Source: an uncultured Gammaproteobacteria bacterium
Lineage (GTDB): Bacteria; Pseudomonadota; Gammaproteobacteria; CAKMZV01
Length of the DNA: 64,000 bases
Direction of reading: 5' to 3'
Assembly: GCA_929200535.1 (NCBI GenBank)
Contig: CAKMZV010000004.1
Coordinates: 40,654 to 104,653 of the forward strand
Part shown: positions 59,975 to 64,000 of the stretch, piece by piece
Layout of the letters: the number at the start of each line of letters is the position of its first letter
Numbering within the stretch: position 1 is the first letter of the stretch
Notes under the pieces: generated by a model
Databases searched by the model: none
Told to the model about the DNA's origin: nothing
The model's input: only the letters and a program-made list of their open reading frames with translations
Translations under genes and position numbers: made by a program

Positions 59975-61144
59975 TTAGAGTAATTGTTCTAAGATTTTTA
60001 ACAAACGTTTATTGTCACGTTCTTGCCCAACGGTGATTCGTAGATGATTGGGAAGTTCATAACCTCCTATGGGGCGAACGAGAATGCCGTGTTCACTGAG
60101 TTTTTGGTGGATATAGGGTGCATCTGCAAATTCAGTGCATAGGAAATTTCCCAATGAAGGAATATAGCGGATATTGAGTTTGTTAAATTCACTTTCAAGG
60201 CGTGTTTTTTGTATTAGGGTTTGAGTGGCAACCTCTTGAATAAAGTCTTGCTCTTGCAGGGCAATAACCCCACATTCTTGAGCGATTGTGTTGGTATTAA
60301 ATGGAGGTCTGACTCGGTTAAATAAATCACTCAAATCAGGATGAGATAGGGCATATCCTAAGCGTAAGGAGGCTAATCCATAGATTTTCGAGAGGGTGCG
60401 TACGATAATTAGATTGGCAAATTCTTCCAACCAAGCGATGCTATCTTCTTGCTCTTTCTTTGGTAGGTAGTCATAATATGCTTCATCCAATACCACCAAA
60501 ATATGTTTGGGAACCGCCTTTAAAAAATCCTTAATTTGTTCGTAGGGAATAAAGGTGCCGGTGGGGTTGTTGGGGTTGGCAATAAAAATAATTTTTGTCT
60601 CTTTTTCAATGGCTTGTAACATTGCCGTTAAGTTATGCCCATAATTACTTGCCGGGACTTTGATTCCTCGTGCTTGTTGAGTAAGCGTGACAAGATGATA
60701 GACGATAAAAGAATGTTGTGCATAGATGGCACTGGTGTTAGGGCACAAAAAAGCCCGTGCGATAAGTTCTAAAATATCATTAGAGCCGTTGCCTAAGGTG
60801 ATATGCTGGGGTGAAATATTATGTAATTTAGCAATGGTCTGCTTGAGTTCAAAGCCGTTACCGTCAGGATAGGAGTGAATATTTTGAATGTTGGATAGGT
60901 GGTGTTTTATGGCTGGTGCTGCCTCCCACAGGCTTTCGTTTGAATTGAGCTTGACGATTTGTTGAGTGCTTAGATTTAACTCACGAATTAGTTGAGATTC
61001 TGGTTTTCCGGGTTCATAGGGTTGGATATTGGAAAGTGAGGGGTTGGCATAGTTCAGCCAAGTATTCTGTTTTTTTTTACCAATCATAGTTGAGGTTGAT
61101 AGTGGCAATTTTTTAAATTGAGGGTGAGATAGGATAAGAGCCAA
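59975..61144 (-). CDS. hisC: histidinol-phosphate / aromatic aminotransferase (class I/II)
   Basis: PLP-aminotransferase fold with a conserved lysine region (SKIYGLASLRLGY). True start is probably an internal Met (MIGKK...), which removes the 32-bp overlap with pheA. Confidence 0.7.
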   Translation of the reverse strand: MALILSHPQFKKLPLSTSTMIGKKKQNTWLNYANPSLSNIQPYEPGKPESQLIRELNLSTQQIVKLNSNESLWEAAPAIKHHLSNIQNIHSYPDGNGFELKQTIAKLHNISPQHITLGNGSNDILELIARAFLCPNTSAIYAQHSFIVYHLVTLTQQARGIKVPASNYGHNLTAMLQAIEKETKIIFIANPNNPTGTFIPYEQIKDFLKAVPKHILVVLDEAYYDYLPKKEQEDSIAWLEEFANLIIVRTLSKIYGLASLRLGYALSHPDLSDLFNRVRPPFNTNTIAQECGVIALQEQDFIQEVATQTLIQKTRLESEFNKLNIRYIPSLGNFLCTEFADAPYIHQKLSEHGILVRPIGGYELPNHLRITVGQERDNKRLLKILEQLL

Positions 61145-62240
61145 GGATTTTTAGCATAGGGACAGCTTTTTTAAGTTGTTTAAGTCCTTCTGCAAGGTGA
61201 GGGTCTTTTTTATGCCCACTAAGATCAATTAAAAAAAGATATTCCCAATTGGTTGAGCGGGCAGGGCGAGAGATGATTTGGGTCATATTGATATTTTGTT
61301 CAGCGAGAATGTTCAGTGCTTTATTCAGTGCTCCAGGCTCGTTATTTAGTGCGAAAACACAGGTGGTGGTATCACAGCCTGTTGGATCTACAGTATGATT
61401 TCCAATAATAAGAAAACGAGTTGTGTTTGTATTATGATTTTGGATATTCTCTATCAAGGTGTTTAGCTCGTATTTTTCTCCAGCTTGCTTGGCAGCAATA
61501 GCAGCAGAATTTGGGGTTTGGCTGGCTAATTGCGCGGCAAGTCCATTACTTTGGACTAGTTCAATTTTCCATTGTTTATTGTTTTTTTGAATCCAATTTG
61601 AGCATTGTGCATAGGTTTGTTCGTGGGTAAATAGCGTATTGATGGCCTCAACGCTCTCCTCCTTACTGAGAAGAAAATGATTTATTTGCATTTTTATTTC
61701 AGCACAAATTGAATCTTCACCCATAGCAATAAGTTCGTCAATACTGCCAGAGACAGGACCTTCGTAGGAGTTTTCAATGGGGAGAACCCCGTAGGTTATA
61801 CGTCCTGTTGAGACCTCTGCAAAAATATCACATAAGTTTTTTTGGGGAATATAATCAATATTTTCGGCATTTCCAAAATAGACTTTGGCAACGATTTCAC
61901 TATAGGTTCCCTCCGGACCAAGGTAGGTAATTTGAATTTTTTTTTCTAATGCACGAAAAGCTGAAATAATTTCTCGATAAATGGCTTGGAGATCTTTGTC
62001 ACGTATTGGTGTTGGGTTTTTTCTTGCAAGCTCTCGGAGCATTTTCGCTTCACGATCATGGCGTGTATAGACAGGGTTTTTATCCTTAGATTTAAGCTCT
62101 CCTACTTGCTGAACAATTTTTGCACGGCGGTTAAAAATTTCAAGAATTTCTTCATCAATATTATCGATTTGTTTACGAAAATTTTCTAAAGGATTAAGTT
62201 TATTTTCCATATTTTTTGGCAAAGTTTTGCATAAATTCAA
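61113..62240 (-). CDS. pheA: bifunctional chorismate mutase / prephenate dehydratase (P-protein)
   Basis: N-terminal chorismate mutase helix (LENFRKQIDNIDEEILEIFNRR). PDT domain (TRF...ESRP-like ISRPAR). C-terminal ACT domain. Confidence 0.8.
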   Translation of the reverse strand: MNLCKTLPKNMENKLNPLENFRKQIDNIDEEILEIFNRRAKIVQQVGELKSKDKNPVYTRHDREAKMLRELARKNPTPIRDKDLQAIYREIISAFRALEKKIQITYLGPEGTYSEIVAKVYFGNAENIDYIPQKNLCDIFAEVSTGRITYGVLPIENSYEGPVSGSIDELIAMGEDSICAEIKMQINHFLLSKEESVEAINTLFTHEQTYAQCSNWIQKNNKQWKIELVQSNGLAAQLASQTPNSAAIAAKQAGEKYELNTLIENIQNHNTNTTRFLIIGNHTVDPTGCDTTTCVFALNNEPGALNKALNILAEQNINMTQIISRPARSTNWEYLFLIDLSGHKKDPHLAEGLKQLKKAVPMLKILGSYPISPSI

Positions 62241-63291
62241 TAAGTGTCATAATACCTTCAAGAGGCATACTGTTATACATACTAGCTCGCATTCCGCCAA
62301 CGGTTGCGTGTCCTTTCAAGTTGGTTAAATTAGCCTGCTTAGCTTGTTCGAGAAAGAGGACATCTAATTCACTGTTTTTTAAGGTGAATGGTATATTCAT
62401 TTGTGAGCGATGAGCAGTATCTGAAACGGTACTGTGATAAAAATCAGATTGATCAATACACTGGTAAAGCAGTTCGGCATTTTTACGATTCTTTTTCTCA
62501 ATGACAGATACTCCCCCCAACTCTTTAAGCCATTCTAAAGAGCAAAGTAAAACATACCAAGCAAAAGTAGGCATTGTATTTGATAAAGAATTTGTGTCAG
62601 ATAGATGCTGCCATTCAAGTAAGCTCGGGGTGTGTGCTTGATGTTGATTTAATAAATCTTCTCGTACGATGATTACCGCTAAGCCCGCAATACCAATGTT
62701 TTTTTGTGCACAAGCGTATAACACATCAAATTTCTCTACCTCCATAGGTTTGGAAAGAATATTAGATGATACATCAGCGATTAGAGGAGTATTGCCAGTA
62801 TCGGGGATATAGGGAAACTCTAATCCTAAAATAGTTTCATTTGGTGTGTAATGGACATAGCTGGCATCGCTATCAATGAGTAATTCTTCTTGTGTAGGAA
62901 TACGGTATTCATTCATTGTATTCGCAATAATTTTCGTTTGCGAAAATCGGCGTGCTTCTTTTTCAGCCTTTAATCCCCACTGTCCCGTGATAATATAATT
63001 TGCTATTTTTTGAGGTGATGAGAGATTCAAAGGCAGAGCGGAAAACTGCATACTTGCGCCACCATGAGAAAATAAAATATGATAATTATTTGGAATATTG
63101 AGCAGTTCTCTCAACAACTGTTTAGATTTATTGATAACGTGTGAAAACTCATTACTACGATGGCTAATTTCCATCACCGACATTCCGCTACCATTCCAAT
63201 CTAATAATTCATTTTGTAGTCGTTTAATCACAGGCGCGGGTAACATTGAAGGTCCTGGGCTAAAGTTGAAGGCTCTGTTTATTTTCGTCAT
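62200..63291 (-). CDS. serC: phosphoserine aminotransferase
   Basis: FNFSPGPSMLP N-terminal motif and a PLP-lysine region. 363 aa. Confidence 0.85.
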   Translation of the reverse strand: MTKINRAFNFSPGPSMLPAPVIKRLQNELLDWNGSGMSVMEISHRSNEFSHVINKSKQLLRELLNIPNNYHILFSHGGASMQFSALPLNLSSPQKIANYIITGQWGLKAEKEARRFSQTKIIANTMNEYRIPTQEELLIDSDASYVHYTPNETILGLEFPYIPDTGNTPLIADVSSNILSKPMEVEKFDVLYACAQKNIGIAGLAVIIVREDLLNQHQAHTPSLLEWQHLSDTNSLSNTMPTFAWYVLLCSLEWLKELGGVSVIEKKNRKNAELLYQCIDQSDFYHSTVSDTAHRSQMNIPFTLKNSELDVLFLEQAKQANLTNLKGHATVGGMRASMYNSMPLEGIMTLIEFMQNFAKKYGK

Positions 63292-63430
63292 TGGATTATT
63301 ATGCGTGTGCTTTTTTCAATTAAAAGATAAAAATTTTCTTATATTCTTAGGGGAGATTATTGATGTTTTTTTATCTTTTTATGCCTTTTAGGGGGTTTTA
63401 TATCAAGCTCTTACTATAATTATATTTTTA

Positions 63431-63901
63431 TTGTTGTTTTTTTATCCAATTAATTTTTATTTTATGTCTATTCGTTATTACTCATCTTTAATTATAGGAA
63501 CCTTTTTTTTCATATCTATTTGTGTCGCTTATGCGGATAAAGATAAGATTGAAGTTAAAAATGCTTGGGTTAGAAGCATTCCATCGCAGGCTGTCGTCAC
63601 TGCTTTATATATGGATTTACATAATAAAGGTGAAGCGATAGAACTGCTCTCTGTTGAAAGTGATTTTTTTTCAGAAATTCAATTTCATCAGATGAAAAAA
63701 GAAGATGGTATGATGAGTATGCAACAACTATCTACTATTAACCTGCCCTCTAAACAAATGACAAAGCTAATCCCCGGAGGAACTCATATAATGCTTTTTT
63801 CTCCTAAAGACGCGCTGTCTGTTGACCAAAAAATTTCTTTTGAATTGGTTTTTTCAGATGAGACATCACAGTTTATTGAAGCATCAGTTAAGAAACAATA
63901 A
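63431..63901 (+). CDS. copper chaperone PCu(A)C (DUF461)
   Basis: H(M)X10MX21HXM-type motif (FHQMKKEDGMMSMQ...GGTHIML). The real start is probably the internal ATG near 63464. Confidence 0.6.
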   Translation: MLFFYPINFYFMSIRYYSSLIIGTFFFISICVAYADKDKIEVKNAWVRSIPSQAVVTALYMDLHNKGEAIELLSVESDFFSEIQFHQMKKEDGMMSMQQLSTINLPSKQMTKLIPGGTHIMLFSPKDALSVDQKISFELVFSDETSQFIEASVKKQ

Positions 63902-63913
63902 GGTGAGTCTAAG

Positions 63914-64000
63914 ATGAAAAAACTTTTTTATCTTATCGGTGTTGTTGTCTTTTTTGTCACAATTATTATTTTTTGGAAAAATAATACAACACTCACTTCA
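63914..64000 (+). CDS. 5' end of a membrane-anchored protein (truncated by window end; possibly SCO1/SenC-like given PCuAC neighbour)
   Basis: MKKLFYLIGVVVFFVTIIIFW is an N-terminal TM anchor. The ORF continues past the window end. Confidence 0.3.
   Translation, partial: MKKLFYLIGVVVFFVTIIIFWKNNTTLTS

Overview
This is an AT-rich, gammaproteobacterial-looking chromosomal window of about 60 protein-coding genes. No rRNA, tRNA, CRISPR array, integrase or transposase gene is visible. Function calls rest on motifs read by eye from the ORF track, not on database searches.

Housekeeping genes include an ABC-F ATPase cut off at the 5' edge, hemW, frmA-frmB, sdaA, rraA, a fused glyQS, plsC, rsgA, pgsA, aspS, htpX, ddl, msrA, mogA, mltB and a serC-pheA-hisC-tyrA aromatic supraoperon.

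Envelope and transport genes include a 5-gene LolA-like/FtsX-type ABC exporter operon and a GldA/GldF-GldG-like ABC system with a DUF4340 partner. There are also a taurine-type ABC transporter, an orphan lipoprotein secretin, a porin, an ArnT-like glycosyltransferase and three c-type cytochromes.

The most striking feature is a modular MITE-like palindromic repeat family, with 5 full and about 3 partial copies, all intergenic. Its long terminal inverted repeats start GAGACCTTTGCA. Copies sit right at gene ends, next to a hicBA toxin-antitoxin pair and next to a tail-anchored hendecad-repeat coiled-coil protein. A second short intergenic motif (TAATAGAGGTAGCCTA) recurs at 4 to 5 sites. A CobS/CobT-like AAA+/VWA pair lies in a non-cobalamin context.
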